Assembly: GCA_030704615.1 (NCBI GenBank)
Contig: CM060734.1
Span: 11,780,001 to 11,844,000 of the forward strand
DNA from: Takakia lepidozioides
Lineage: Eukaryota > Plantae > Bryophyta
Length of the DNA: 64,000 nt
Direction of reading: 5' to 3'
The translations under genes and the position numbers were made by a program. Positions 49,176 through 63,334 of the stretch are shown piece by piece. The notes beneath the pieces were generated by a model. That model was not told the origin of the DNA, searched no databases, and saw nothing but the letters and a program-made list of their open reading frames with translations. The first letter of the stretch is position 1. Each line of letters starts with the position of its first letter.

Positions 49176-49217
49176 TTAGAGTTCAGTACGTGATCGTCCT
49201 TGAGATCGGCCTCATCA

Positions 49218-51640
49218 TGGGGTCGGGCAAGACAAAGCAAAAGCGGAACGGCCCGAAAGATGATGATCCTGGTGAACCCGGAGAGGGCGACGTGTCACCG
49301 AAGCGGCAATTGGAAGAGGCGATTTATGCTTCTGAAAGCGAGGCCGCTCAAGAACGGGAGGAATTTGGAGAGTCAGAGCCCGAGGACTTCCCAGAGGCTC
49401 CGCCAGACCAACAGATGCCTCCCATGCCAGCAGCCTTTTCAATTTTGGGAAGGGTTGTTGGCGCAGTTTGGCGGGACGTTGAAAGACGTGATGAGGGTGA
49501 CTAATGCCACTTCCACTAAGGCAAAGTTTAAGGTGAAGCCTAAGGAACCCGGCACCTTTGAGGGCATCCGAAATCGGAAGGCATTCAACACCTGGCTCTA
49601 GGAGCTGGAGCAGTACTTCCGGGCGGCCAAGTTGAGTGACAAGGATCGGGTAGAAGTGGCTCCCACATATTTGAGGGGCTATGCTCAACAATGGTGGCAG
49701 AAACGTCTTCATGACCAAGGTCCAAACCCATAAACCTTGAGCTGGAGTGGGTTCAAGGAACTTATGAAAAGACAGTTTGTGCCCCTCAATGCGTCCTGGC
49801 TCGCCCGAGACAAGATGAGGAATTTGAAGCAAACGGATGACATTCGGGGATATGCTCAGGCTTTCAATGTGCTGTTTCTCGAAGTCGCAGATATGGCGGA
49901 ACCAGAAATGGTCTTCAACTTTGTGGCGGGACTGACCCCATGGGCCAGGCGGAAGTTGGAGGAGAAGCCACCTAAGATTTTGAACGAGGCAATTGAAAGG
50001 GCTGAATGTTTCTCGGATGTCCCTAGGGGCAAAAGACAAGGCCGTACGGAGCTGAACCACAGAAGACCCGGCAGGAGGGTGACTCCTTCCGACCGGAAAA
50101 GAAGTGGGATAGGCCACACGGCGACAATGGTTCATGGAAATCAAAGGGAAGGCCTTTATACGTCAAAGCGGCACTCGGTGCTCCGAAAGGAAAATCAGGC
50201 GCGACGGCTTGTGGCGGATAGAAGGCGACCTTCGATGGAGTGTGCTTTAATTGCGGGGAGCCCCGGCACATGGCCAAGAAGTGCGCGAAACCCCGACAAT
50301 TGAACATGACTCGGGCGACCACAGAGCTGTCCGAAGATTCCGTCAGCCGCTTGGTGGAGGCAATAGTCGCCAAGACTTGTAAGGTAGGCAACTACTCTTG
50401 TGAGTTGTATCAGGAGACTGGCCCCTTGCGTAAAGGGAGTCAGTTAATGTTCATGAGTGGGATAATTTCTGGAACTAACGTGTCATTGTTGGTGGACACA
50501 GGAGCGTCGCACTCCTTCATGACACCGGCAACGGCACGGAAGCTGGGGCTCCCGACAAGTGATGTGGGGGCCTCTATTGAAGTGCGTTCTGCCAAAGGAG
50601 AACCACACTGGCGACGAGGTTGGCGTTCAATGTCCCTCTTCAGCTCGGGAGTTGGGAGGGACGTGAGAACTTTACCATTTGCGAGATCGATGGAGTGGAT
50701 CTCATTTTGGGGATGAACTTTTTGAGCAAATCCGGAGCGATCATAGATGGCCGTAAGAGAATAGTCACACTACCGTGTGGGAATGGTGGCGAAGTTTTAC
50801 GAGCGTCGGAAATGCCCAACAGAGTGGGAGGACAAATAAACCTGCTGACAGCAAAGGAGTGGGCAGTGGAGGAGCCACACGAGCCCCAGTTTTTGCTTTA
50901 CGTAAGACAAGTGGAAGGAGAAGTCGATAGGGAGCCTAGCCCAGATTGGATCAAGGGGATCCTGGAGAAATACCAGGATGTGATGCCGGAGGATTTACCA
51001 AGCGGCTTGCCACCGCAAAGAGGCGTTGACCACAAGATAGAGGTGATACCGCCTGCCAAGGCGCCCTACCGGTTGAGCCACAGAGAGTTGGTCGAGCAAA
51101 GTATTTCAGCCAGATCGATTTGCGCTCAGGTTACCATCAAATCCGAGTGGCGGAAGGAGATGAGGAGAAGACCGCGTGCAGGACAAGATATGGTTCATAT
51201 GAGTTCTTGGTGATGTCTTTTGGGCTCACCAACGCACCCGCGACCTTTAGCACGCTAATGAACAGCCTTTTCCAGGAGTGGTTGGATGACTTTGTGATCG
51301 TGAACATCGACAACATCTTGGTGTACTAAAAAACAAATGAAGAGCACCTGGAGCACCTCAAAAGGGTGTTACAGAAATTGCGGGAAGGGAAGCTATATGC
51401 CAAAGCTTTAAAGTGCGAATTCGGGGTCACAAAAGAGGACTTCCTAAGGCATGTGATTACACAGGATGGGATCAAAATGGATGACAGAAAGGTGAGGGCG
51501 ATCTTGGATTGGGAGCCTCTGACTTCGGTCCCGGGAGTGCGATCCTTCCTAGGACTCGCCTCCTATTACCGAAAGTATATGAGAAACTTCGCCAAGATCG
51601 CGGGGCCGATGTCAGACCTTCGGTATAAGTCCAAGGTATG
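49218..51640 (+). mobile_element. Ty3/gypsy gag-protease-RT, degenerate and 3'-truncated
   Basis: Zn knuckle CFNCGEPRHMAKKC; protease LVDTGASHSF; [28 protein letters not shown]; VRSFLGLASYYR. Confidence 0.92.
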
Positions 51641-53982
51641 GGTATGGATTCATTTCCACTAAACTGAAAGCCACAACCCACCTTGGGTAGCTAAGATCAA
51701 GATGTAACGAGCAGCGATGACAATGCCAAACCAACCTCTTGAATGCCAACTTTGACAACACCCTCTCAATGCCTTGGTTCCAAAGTCACAGTGAGAGTGC
51801 TCAGTGCACTACCTTCCCTACCAGAATCACTGTGATCCAGCTCAATTCCATTGAAAGATGGATTTGCACTCTGCCCAAGCTTACACAAGTAAAAGTTGAT
51901 TCCAACTCACTTTTTTTAGTCAATGCTGCTACCACTATAACAGACTACATCAAAGAGAGAGAAGACATGAAAAAAAATAGAAGGTGAAAGAGGAAAGCAC
52001 TCAAATGGAAGGCCCACTAGCATAGGGGATTGGAATAACCATTTCTCGTCAACTGAACAACCCAAGCCCATCTACAGATAGACAAATAAAAACCATGTAG
52101 CAATGTAACATACTAGCCAGGATCCAACAAGTCTGCAATTAAAAATAGGGGATTTTGTGAAAAAGAAAATTTCCAAGCAAAGCAAGGCACCATGGATGTC
52201 CCGTACACCTGGTAAATAGAAATCCCCCATCTAAGATTTTGCCTTTTCGTGTGTTCTGTTCACCATCCTCTGAAAGGATTTGGCATAGAAAGGGGTTTGC
52301 AGGGTTGTCGTGTCGGGAAAGGCATTGGAAGTGTTTGGTGGCTCACTGTGTGGTTGAGGGTGTTTCTTTCCTAGGATTCAGACGCCTGTACAACAAATGC
52401 AACGGTATTCAGATCTGAGGGATGTTCTCATGCGACGTATTGTTCTATCAACATTACAATTTCGTATCAACACTCGATACAAGGTGTGCCAAACTTAGTT
52501 GCCCCTCGCATGGAAGCCCTTCGATTGATGCACATTGATGATGTTGGCTATCCGAATTGTGGTTCTCGAGCTAAAGAGTTTATGCACTTGAATGATATAA
52601 ACAAGCTGATGGAAAAGTTCTAGAGAAGCTCATGTTGGAAAACAAAATGGACACTTTAGCTGGCTTCCAACACCTGGTAGTGACCAGCTGTGCACCACAG
52701 GTGGCCTCACTGGATGCCTTTCCTTGAGCGTGGGCAATGTTGCAGTGTGGGGAGTAATTCCATTTGCAGTGGGTGCAGAAGGGTGTATTCCCACAGGAAT
52801 CGAACCAAATTGTGCCTGCCACACACCCATAGTTGGCCGTAATCACTCACAAAAGACACCTAGATGAATGAGTATATTCCATTGCTTTTGAAGTATCCTT
52901 ACAAACTACATGATTCAAAGTTGACTGACCAGAAGAAAAACTGAATACCTGTGCAGTGCATACACTTGAAAATTGAAGGACAACTGCTACTGTAATAGCA
53001 TTTATGTCTCATATGAAAATTTTCTAGATCTGAACAGCACGACTTGGTGAAGCAGAGCTAGGGAAAACTAGGTCAAGAAGGTTCCTAAGTGTAGCTAAAA
53101 TGGACAACAATATTTCTTGCCATAAGACTCTCACAAGGCATCCATTAGACGAGATGCGGTGTCAAACACGACACTTGCTCACTCACAAAGCTTCCATGCC
53201 AGCACACAGATAACCAAGTAGAAGATAAAGACTGTCCTACCTGTGGCACATATCATACACACCCATAGCAATTCCAAAAGGTTGCCAGGCCACCATGATG
53301 CGCAACACTGCCCACACCTGTCCAGTAAACAAACTCTCACTTAGTACCTCCAACCACATACCAAACACAAAAAAGCAAATTTCCTTCTGGTGCCCTACAA
53401 CCTCATAGTTGGCCATAATCACTCACAAAAGACACCTGGATGAATGAGTATATTCCATTGCTTTTGAGGTATCCTTTCAAACTACATGATTCAAAGTTGA
53501 CTAACTTTCAACCCAATCAAGCCCACATTCTACGGCTCTCCAACCACGGTAAACATGTAGAAATGTAGCTGCAAATCCTAGGCTTGAACAAATCATCTTA
53601 CCTCAAATCTTGCCTTCCTACACTACAAATAAAACCACACAGGTGGCTCGACAACTGACCCAACTTGACAGTCCAAACTGAATCCACAAAAGCCAGATTA
53701 TACATTTCTCATGTACATGGTCAAGACGATACCCCAATAAATGAGGAAAGAAGAGTCTATTTCAGGGTCAAGTAGGGGATACATAGGGGTGTGAGGAATA
53801 AACATGCCCAAGAAACAATTTAAAACAGAGCATAAGCAGCACATATACTAAGCGACAAGATATTGTGTGAGGATGGAGCAGTCTCACAAACTAGGTACAA
53901 ATACGTAATAGATACTACAACCAATCATGTTAAGTCCAGAACTGCAGCCGTCTAGCACAGTCAAAAGAGGCAATTGCAAACC

Positions 53983-54700
53983 TTAAGAATGCCCCACACA
54001 TTGAGGTTGATCTGAGCGGCAAATTCTTTGGGCTTGTAGCCCTGAACTGTGAGCAGAACATGGTTGTAGTTGTCCTTGGGATGCACCCTTGACACATATG
54101 CAAGCTTCATCTGCAAGTAAGAGAGAAATCTATCTAAGAATTTTGTGGGCAATTTGGACCTGTCATCCTTTGACCGGTCATGTGCTACTGTGGAAACCAG
54201 TCACAGTATCTGTGTCGACTCAGCCCCTTAATCCATACCTGGCTCTCCTATCGAGACAAAAAAAAGGTACAAAGAGGGAAGTTACCTGTTATGCCCCAGA
54301 AAGAAGAACTTGGGCAGTCCACTTAGCTAGCTTGTTGGCATTGTTCTTAAGCTCTATGGCGAGAACCTGCATACATAAAGAAAGAAAAATAGATCATATA
54401 AAATGCAAATCAAATGATTTAGTCCACTTAGGCCAGAGGATGGCAAACTATATATCTACCTTGGCCTAGTTTCAAAAATCAACCTTTCGGAAGCATATTC
54501 ATATATATATTGTGACAGTACAGGCCATGGCAGCTATGAGAAAACACATAAGGAATTTGTAGACTGAAGGTTCTAGAGCAGGATGAGATGCAGACATATT
54601 CTACCAACCGCTCCTTGCTGGTTCTCAACCTTTTGCCACCAGTCGACTCCAGTAATTCTAGAGTAAAACTCATTTAGAGCATTTCTATCTTTTCCTGCAG
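53983..54700 (-). pseudogene. EIF3D: eIF3 subunit D fragment (three exons with introns), in-frame stop, 5' part absent next to a CACTA element
   Basis: NALNEF.SRITGVDWWQKVENQQGA | VLAIELKNNANKLAKWTAQVLLSGA*Q | [43 protein letters not shown] matches the conserved eIF3d C-terminal sequence. Confidence 0.85.
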
Positions 54701-54779
54701 AAAAATGAGACAATTGAAGCACATGATTACGAACAGGTAGATGTAGTGGGGAGTCACTGAGTGCGATGTTAAGATCATA

Positions 54780-57700
54780 TGAAAACACGCCCACTTTCAC
54801 GTCAAAATATTTGTGTAAATATTTGTGGGTGGGGATATATGTAGGACCTGAAGATTCGCCATCTTCTAAATCCCATGCATATTGAGAAGAATGTCTGCTC
54901 GTCCTTTTTCCGGGTTCTTCATGGCACGGAAGGGAGTGGCTGCAAAAGGAGATTCTCTCGGTATTAGAAAGGAGCTTGTGGAGCAGGGTCGCATGCGCCA
55001 TCTATGGGCCGAACAAAATGGTGTGGACCCAAAGAGTGTTGTACGGTGGAAGTATAGGCGCGCACCTTGGCAATGGACAAAGGAGGAATACAACAAAGTG
55101 AGAGCCACCATAGGTGCTATCCGGACACCAACCGGGTATGGATCATCCCTCTGTACAAAATTCAGCGAAGACACTGTCCATGGTTTGAAGTCTCACGACT
55201 ACCATAATATATTGCAAGACATCTTGCCCATTGCAGTACGTGGGACATTAACTCCCGAGGTTTGCGAGACAATCTACAGATTGGGAGGCTTGTTCCGATG
55301 GATTTGCTCCAAAGAGTTGGAGGAAGCGGATTTCCCACGCATGAAGAAGGAGGCTGCGGAGGTAATGTGTATGTTGGAGATGAACCTTCATCCCTCCTTC
55401 TTTGACATCCAAGTGCACTTGGTAGTGCACTTAGTGGAAGAGGCTTCGATTTCCGGCCCCGTTCATTCTTGGTGGATGTACTCCTTGAGCATTATATGAA
55501 GACTTTGAAAGCATTAGTAAGACAAATGGCGCACCCGAAGGGTAACATGGCGGAGGGGTATACGTTGCAAGAAGCTATGTTCTATTGCTCGGAGTACATG
55601 GTAAGGGTGGATGAGGAAGCCCCTCGGATGTGGAAGGAAGAGGAGGATGCATGAACCAAAGACATCGTTTTGCCCAAAAAATCGAAGAGGGTAAAATTGC
55701 CGACCTTCGTGATTGAGCAAGCGTATGACTTCATACTGAAGAACACCCCATCCATACATGAGTGGGAGGCAAGATACTATAACCTTGTTCAGCAACGAGA
55801 GGAGAAGACGTTTGCATGGAGGCGGAACTATCCAAGGCCGGTTACTCGACGCCCTCGATGAGGAGCAGACCGCCGGAATGTTCCTTCACAAAAGTTGCCC
55901 ATTGAATTGCAGCCTCTAAGTTCATTCCAACAGTGGCTTCGGACTTCAGTTTATGACGCCGTTGCTCAAGGTGAGGTGGTTTCAGATATGGTGCAAGACA
56001 TTGCAAGGGGCCCCTCTCAATTCGCGACCTCATACACGATGGTTTGGGTTCACGGTCATCATTTCCGCATTCGTGTTCTTGACATGAAGCGCAAAACAAC
56101 TTTTGATTCTGGATTGTGTGCCACGTATTAGCAAGACTCCGTGTGGGGCAAGGGAGATACACGACCTGCTATGAGCAAACTTGAGTACATTGGAGAGCTA
56201 GTGCAAGATGATTGTGGTTTCATGCGCGTCAATGCAGATAGGCTCAACCCTACTCATCGTCCCTCCGATGAGCCTTTTTCATGGCCTTCAGACATGGAGC
56301 AAGTTTTCTTTTCCGATGAAAAAACAAGCGGGGGAAATTGGAAGGTGGTTGTGCATGCTCAACCAAGAGGAAGACGTATCTATCATGGTCTCAGATCTCC
56401 ATGAGGTGAGGCAATTGCAGTGGAGGGAGAGACTGGTCATAATGATGCTGATGATGGAGGTTGGGTAGAGGAGGTAGAAGAGGATGATGACGCCCCGGAG
56501 AATGCATCCCGGACCCTATATGATGAAGCTCCAGAAAATACGGATGTTGGAGAAGGAGATGAAGACACGACCATTGAAAACGAGGGGAAGGATGATTTGG
56601 AGGTGCCTTTTGAGGGCCGGGCCATTTATGACGATGACTCCGATGACCAAGAAGACTTGCAGCTTGATGAGGATGAAGAAGCTCCGAATGATGATGTTCA
56701 AGTTGATTAGACACGTAATCAAAGCTACATAATAATTCTCGCACCGAACTGTACTCATCCCTTCGATTGATTGTACATGTATATGCATATTGTAGCTTAT
56801 TTCTATGATTGATCAATGGATGTGGCTGGTAGTCTTTCAAGAAAGAAGGCAAAGGCAATGAATATGTTGGAGCACCCCATACAAATGTGGCGTCAAGAGA
56901 ATTATCAAAATGAATGTCACAATCTACAAAAAGGTCCACAACAAGAAGCTACACTGCACACACATGGTACATTACTACAACAACAAGAAGCTGCAGTGCA
57001 CACACCCTCAGACCATGGTACATTGCAACAACACCAAGAGGAGCTTGTTGCAACGAAAGTTGAATTAGACATTTCTTTTGAAGAAGACAATGTTGTGATG
57101 ACAGAGACTGTCGCAATTAAAGTGGCAATGGACTTTGTTTTTGAAGAAGAGAATGGTTTGACGGAAGAGACGACAAAGTTTGTTGTAAGTCTCACTTCTT
57201 CCTTAAGATGGTTTTACAAAGTTCGATGGCCTAGCGCCCCCACCGGGATCCAGAAAATTACACCCATTACATGTCCATCGCGGTCTCGATGAAGGTCACA
57301 ATCTACAAGATCTGGTTTTTTTGTTTTTGATGAGCAGCACAAAAGAGAGGGAGAGAGAGGGAGAGAGAGAGAGAGAGAGAGAGAGGGGGCAAAGAAAGAG
57401 AAACAGAGAGGTGCCCCCCCCCAGAGTCCCATCCCCCGTCCCCACCTCCTCTCCATGCCCCTTAACTGAAAGAAAAAGGCAGCCCCTCTTTGCGACCCCC
57501 ATCCGTCGCAAGGAGGGGTTGTTCCGCTTGCGACGTCCTGGCGTCGCAAGAAAGGGCTACCTTATTGCCCTTCATGCCACCTTGCGTCGAAGACTAGCCC
57601 CGGCGCTGGAGGGCGACGCTTCGGCGTCGCAAGGAAGGGCTGCCTTTTGCCCTTCATGCAACCTTGCGACGTCCGGGCGTCGCCGCCTGGCCCCGGCGCT

Positions 57701-57837
57701 AGGTTGCGACACGCGAGGTCTGTTTGCGACGCCCCGGCGTTGCAAAAAGGCGCCGCGGGGTTGGCGTCACAGGCTCAGCCCCGCGCGGGGCGTGGGGGCG
57801 TGGCTGGCGTCGCAAAACTCCCCAATTTGCTATAGTG
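54780..57837 (+). mobile_element. CACTA/En-Spm element: degenerate transposase C-terminal part (DUF4218/DUF4216-like) and right end
   Basis: GLKSHDYH.ILQ.ILPIA; FFDIQVHLVVHLVEE..GPV..WMY; EPF..PSDMEQVFF..D...WKVV. TTGCGAC/GTCGCAA subterminal repeats; terminus ...CTATAGTG at 57837. Confidence 0.88.
57343..57385. repeat. (GA)n microsatellite
   Basis: Direct reading. Confidence 0.9.
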
Positions 57838-58008
57838 TCTCTCTACTCCCCTTTGTGGTCTGGTTTCTTTCCCGAGTTTGCGCTCGAGGCATTCGTCGCT
57901 GGTTACTGACCTTTGGTGTTTCCAACACGGTTCGCCGTGTGTCTAGGCCTCGTGGCAACCTTCGGGCATGTAAGGGTTTTAATTTTTTTTTTCCCTTCAA
58001 TAATCTTT
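57838..58008 (+). mobile_element. Short LINE 3'-tail fragment
   Basis: CGGGCATG.AAGGGTTTTAATTTTTTTTCCCTTCAATAATCT, as at ~12800-12838 and (reverse) ~19805-19840. Confidence 0.6.
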
Positions 58009-59134
58009 AGCTCTAAATTAGGACTTCCTCCTTTTTTCCCCAATTGTTTTTTAAAAATTTGCCTCAAAATTTCCGTGAATTAAAATCTTTGTCAACCAAT
58101 TGTAGATGAATATTTCCATCGAGCTTAATTATTACCAATTTTTGGTGCAGTGAATCATGTAATTTTTCCGAGCCACCGATAAGACATAAATGATTTTGGG
58201 TGAAGATTATGCTTTTTTTTAGGTAAATTAAGAAGCAGAAGATTCTTGCTCTACGGTGCTGACGCATTGTACATTCGTAAAAACTAGTGTTGTACTGGTA
58301 TGTGCCAATTGACCTGGGTATGTGTGCCCGGGCGTGAGTAAGGGTATTGTAGAACATACCAGTTGGGTATGTCTTGGGGCTTATACCCCGGCTATACCTT
58401 GGACCCCGGGTTTTGAACATTGGACCTACCCCCTACCTACCATACCAGTCTAAGTATGAACTCTTTTCATACTCGGCTTAAAACCTGTATTGAGGATTGA
58501 TGAACCCAAGCTAGCATGGGTATGTGTGATGATACAATTTTTTTGTGCTTGTCCTCATTCACATTTGTGCAATGTAAAACATAGCACTATCTTTGCAAAT
58601 TTTACCAAATGTTTTTGAAAAAATCATTCTCTACATATTATATCTTTATACATATATAATATGTACTCCTAATATGTACATACCATACCCTTGCACATAT
58701 AGACCTAGTATCTCCATTTAGAATTTGACTTATTCATGCCTAGTATCAGGGTATGTCCCACACGACAATACTCATACGAGCCACGTACCCTACCCACGCC
58801 AATGTGGATTGACACTGGGCCCTACCAGCTTGGCCTTAGAGGTCCATTAGACATACTAGGACCAGTCTGGTATGTCAAATGGACATACCAGTACAACACC
58901 TAGATTTTCATTCGTACTTTTTAGGGCATTTTGAAGCAGAACTCCCTAGGAGGCACAAGTGGCATGGAACCGGTCGTCCCATTGGGGGCGGGAGCATGGA
59001 ACCGGTGGTTCCAATTCTGGAACCTCGTGCCGTAGGGAGATTAGTGGAACGCAATCTTGTCCCTTGTCCATGACATATCATCTAGGGTTGATGTGAAGCC
59101 AGCTAGTCAGAGGGTGGAACTAGGTGAGCAAATT

Positions 59135-59260
59135 TTTACGCAGCGGAAAGTTTCTGCCCTCGGACTTCCCGGAGTTTGCGGAAACGGCCTCGGGCTCCCG
59201 CCCTCGGGCCCACCCTTAAACAACGGAAAGTCCTCGAGCAAGAACTTTCCGCTATACTTA
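59135..59260. repeat. Small foldback/MITE-like element
   Basis: AGCGGAAAGTTTCTGCCCTCGGACTT vs AAGTCCTCGAGCAAGAACTTTCCGCT inverted arms. Confidence 0.5.
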
Positions 59261-61084
59261 CAGTCTGCCATGGATAAATGTTACCTCTATAAACGTTAAA
59301 CTACCATAAATGTTAAGAAATTTTTACTCCCATACTTGGGTACACTAGCAAATGTTAAAATGTTATTTGTTAACACTTGTTTACTTCCCTCTTTGTTAAT
59401 TGCCCTCAATAAATGTTAAGTGCACCATAAAGGCTTCACCTAACACGAGATTAGATTATGATAAGATTACATCCTAAAACATAACCAATCAGGAGACTGG
59501 AAAGTAAGCAAGAGGTAATACTAAAGAGATCAGATTAGAAGCGAATATGTTGAATCGTTGATCCAAGGAGTGTACGGTCCACATTTTGAGACTTTACATG
59601 GAGGTTGTTTTTGGAGGTTGTTTTTGAGAGACCAGACAAGGAAGAACACACGCCTGCCACTGAAATTCCAGCCCCTGTAGAATTCAAGGATGCCAAAATG
59701 GCCATAGCTACAATTTCTCAATATTTGGAAGAAAGGCCTTATGAAGTTATGAAACTGTTTTAGCCATGAAATGCCTAGACAAAGAACTTGATGATATGCA
59801 TATAAGAGATACTCATCAGACCACAGTCGGTTCATATTTCCTACCCATAACTGAATGACTCCATATAATTACACTTTGTTTCACAAGTGTTAATTCCATA
59901 AATCTTATATTTGTTAATGTTACCTTCTGTAAATGTTAGGCCCCCGCCGCACCAGGCTGCTAGCGTAAAACACTTGCTAATGGCTTAGCCGGCCCGTTTT
60001 CCTAATAGCTGCTCCAACTAAAATTATCTCTGCCGCACCGAAAAGTTACCGTAACAAAGGTTAGCGTGAAGTTTTAGTTTTAAAGCATCGTTCGCTGCCC
60101 GTGCCCGCTTTCCCTCGCCACGTTTGCTCGCCATTTCTCCTGGCTCTCCTCCTTCCTGTACGCCATAGCTGAAGGTCGTGGGTCATTTTGAAATGAAGGA
60201 TGCTCAATCTCTCTTTGAAAGATGAAGGTGTTGTCGTTGCTCAGTCTCTTTGAAAATTTGGTGGGGTGCAGCAGCCAGCAGGGAAGCATGCAGTCATTAC
60301 ATGGAATTCCAGGGTTAGTTTTCATTCCCCTCAAATTTTTTGTATACAAACAGGATGCTTGAAAAGAAGAGGAATGAAGTCCAGCTGAAACACGGTGCAG
60401 ATGACTGCCTCCTCTAAGCATGTGAACTCTCTGCCAAGACCTCCTCCCCTTATTCTGTAAATATTGACTCCATTCATTTATGTCCCCAGAAACCTCCTTT
60501 GTTTGTTAGCAAGGACATCAATCCTAGACCTCTTGAATTAGGTACATGGGCTCTATCACCGCGCTACCTCTTTGTTCCTTGAGTTGTCAAATCAACCAAG
60601 AGGAATAAGAAGAGAAAGTGACGTTCTGAATGATTGTGTTTGCTGTAGTCTTTGCCATAGGCCTTCAGTGACATTAGACAAGCAGAGAAGGAGAGGGGAG
60701 TGAAGTCAGAAGTGCTCCCACTACCATTCTGGAAGGCAATGAAGGAGAAGAAGCTGGCTATGATAGGTTGTTGTTAAGTGGGAGCACGAAGGCCTAGAGA
60801 TATAGAGGAAGAAGAAAGAAAGAGAGGTTGTGAGAGTTAAAAATTCGGGAAAAATGAAACAGTTGGATAAGGGTATAAGTTGGCAACAAGAGTGGTTTCT
60901 AAGAGACTGGAATAAGATGAGTGAATGACGACATGTGAGTGGTTGCAGGCAGCAAAGTGGGAGCTGATGGACACCAGCAGCCTGAATGGCACTCTGCTCA
61001 ACAAGCGACCAGTAGCTGCAGTCCCCATGGCTAATGTATCTAGGAGGCAAGAAGATATAACAGGTGTTTTGTAATGGCAGGAAT

Positions 61085-61249
61085 ATGGCAGCAGATAGTA
61101 GAGACAGACATCGTGTAGCAACATTATGGGGAGTAGGGGCTGGCCTGCTTCTGGCAGTGGTTGCGTTCGCTGCCAGAGCGTGGCAACGCCAGTCAAGACC
61201 TGCCAAAGTGCCGGTCACTCTTCTGTCAGGATTTTTGGGTGCATGCAAG
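61085..61249 (+). pseudogene. First exon of a CobW/COG0523 (ZNG1-like) GTPase with a hydrophobic N-terminus; rest not seen
   Basis: KVPVTLLSGFLGACK (consensus PVT.LSGFLGAGKT) followed by a GT donor; TE sequence follows. Confidence 0.65.
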
Positions 61250-61265
61250 GTAGGACTTAGAATTG

Positions 61266-61410
61266 GGGGGTTGCAAATCCATGAGCATGAGCGGTGAACG
61301 CATGAGCATGAGCAGAGGTTCCCGATCCTCGCCCGAACCTATACCAAACCATCTCGAAGGTGGAGGTCGGCAACCAAAACTACTGACTTCATGCATCTTG
61401 ATAATAGTTT
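61266..61410. mobile_element. Terminal fragment (copy 6) of the GCM-MULE family
   Basis: GGGG-N11-ATGAGCATGAGCGG...ATGAGCATGAGC. Confidence 0.5.
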
Positions 61411-63334
61411 TTGTGGCCAAGCTTTTGCCGAGTTGAAGCAGCGGATGGCGGAAGCTCCAGTCCTGAAAATCCCGGAGTTCGACCGTCCATTTGAGATTCA
61501 TACGGATGCGTCGGACTTCGCAATTGGGGGTGTGCTCATGCAGGATGGACGTCCAGTGGTTTACGAAAGTAAGAAACTTAATGAAGTGGAGCGACGGTGG
61601 CCTACGCACGAAAAAGAAATGAAGGCGGTGGTGCATTGCCTTGAGCTTTGGCGCAACTATGTTGGTTCCAACCCGGTGAAGGTGTTCACGGACAATATCA
61701 CGGTGAAGTTCTTTGCCACACAGCCTAAGTTGTCCCAAAACAACTTAGGTGGCAAGACATTTTGGCAGTGTTTGACAAGGATATCCAGTACAAACCGGGA
61801 CGGGACAATGTGGTGGCCAATGTCATGTTGGTGTACAAGGGCGAGACGACGCTCCAAAGGAAGATCCGGAAGGCTTACCGGAAGGATGAGATGACGAAGT
61901 CCGTGATGCGGGACTTGAGGTTAGGGGTTAAATCGCAGTTCCACTTGCACAATGGACTGCTCCGGTACAAGCAAAAGCGTCCACGTGCCGAAGGGAGGGA
62001 TCAGAGATAGTCTCTTGAGATAATGCCATGATGGCCCGCTTGCGGGCCACGGCGGAGCCAAGCGGATCGCGGCACTCTTGAAGAAAGAGTATTTCTAGCC
62101 CAAACTGAGGGAGGAGGCCGAGGAGTATGTCAAGACATGCACCACATGCCAACAAAACCGAGCGAGTACAAAAAACAAGCGGGGCTGTTACAACCCTTGC
62201 CAATTCCAGAGGGGTCTTGGGAAAGTGTCTCGATGGATTTCATGACTGCTTTGCCGCTGTCAAAAGGATTCGATGCAATCATGGTGGTGGTGGATAGGTT
62301 CAGTAAAATGGGCCATTTCATTCCCACCAAGGAGACGGCAATAGCACAGGAGACGGGGCGACTTTACTTCGTCCACGTCTTCAAGCATCTTGGACTCCCG
62401 AAGGATATTGTCTCGGACCGCGATCCAAAGTTTACAAGTAAATTTTGGAGAGCACTTTGGAAGAAAATGGGGTCGAGGCTCAAGATGAGCACGGCCTTCC
62501 GACCTACAACGGATGGCCAAACGGAAAGAGTGAATTCCGTGGTGAAGCAGATTTTGCGGAATTATGTGTCAGCAGGCCAGTCAGACTGGGTGGAGCACTT
62601 ACTTAGATGCGACAGAGTTCTATTATAATAATACAAAACACTCCGCAACGGGAGTTTTCCCTTTCGTATTGGTCTATGGAAAAACACCTCTGGTGCCGAC
62701 AAGTTGGACCGCCTAGGACGTTGAAGAACCAGCGGCAGTAGCAGTGCTGGAAGAACGCGAGCGTTTGTTGGAGTTCGCAAAGTACAACATTGCCAAAGCT
62801 AGGAAACGGAATGAATGGCAAGCAAATCAGAAGCGGAGGGAAGTTAAGTTTGAGGCAGGCACGGAGGTCTGGTTGAACATCAAGAATTTTCGACTACCTC
62901 CGGAAGTGAGTCCAAAGTTCGTACCTCCGTATGCGGGGCCCTTTCGGATCCGGAAGGTTATGAATGAGGATGTGTAAGAATTGGAGCTGCCGGCAAACAG
63001 CAAGGTGCATCCAGTATTCCACGTTTCCCTTTTGAAGCCTTACTTCAAAGATGAAGCGCGTCCGAATCGGCATCAAGTATTGCGTCCGCCACCTGTGCTG
63101 TTGGATCATGAAAATGAACCTTGAGTACGAGGTGGAGGTAGTGCTTAAGTCGAGTTCAAGAATCGAGAAACGGAGTATCTCGTGAAATGGAAGGGCTATC
63201 ATCAAGTGGAGGCAACTTGGGTGCGTGCCTCAGAAATGGGAAACACATCCGAGGCGGTTGCAGCTTTTGAAGGGCGATCTCAAAAGCGAAAGAAGCGTTG
63301 ATAGGGACATCAACCTTGGATCGTGGGGGAGGAA
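61411..63334 (+). mobile_element. Chromovirus (Ty3/gypsy) pol 3' half: RNase H, integrase, chromodomain, PPT; degenerate
   Basis: HTDASDFAIGGVLMQ; HDGPLAGH..C..C; VSMDF..VVVDRFSK..SDRDPKF..TDGQTER; EYEVE...EYLVKWKGY...ATW; GGGGGAGGAAA. Confidence 0.92.

Noticed and set aside
58280-58900. ATACC/GGTAT-rich stretch (similar to 28720-28930) as a hAT-derived MITE
   Set aside because: I could not define TIRs or a TSD by eye.
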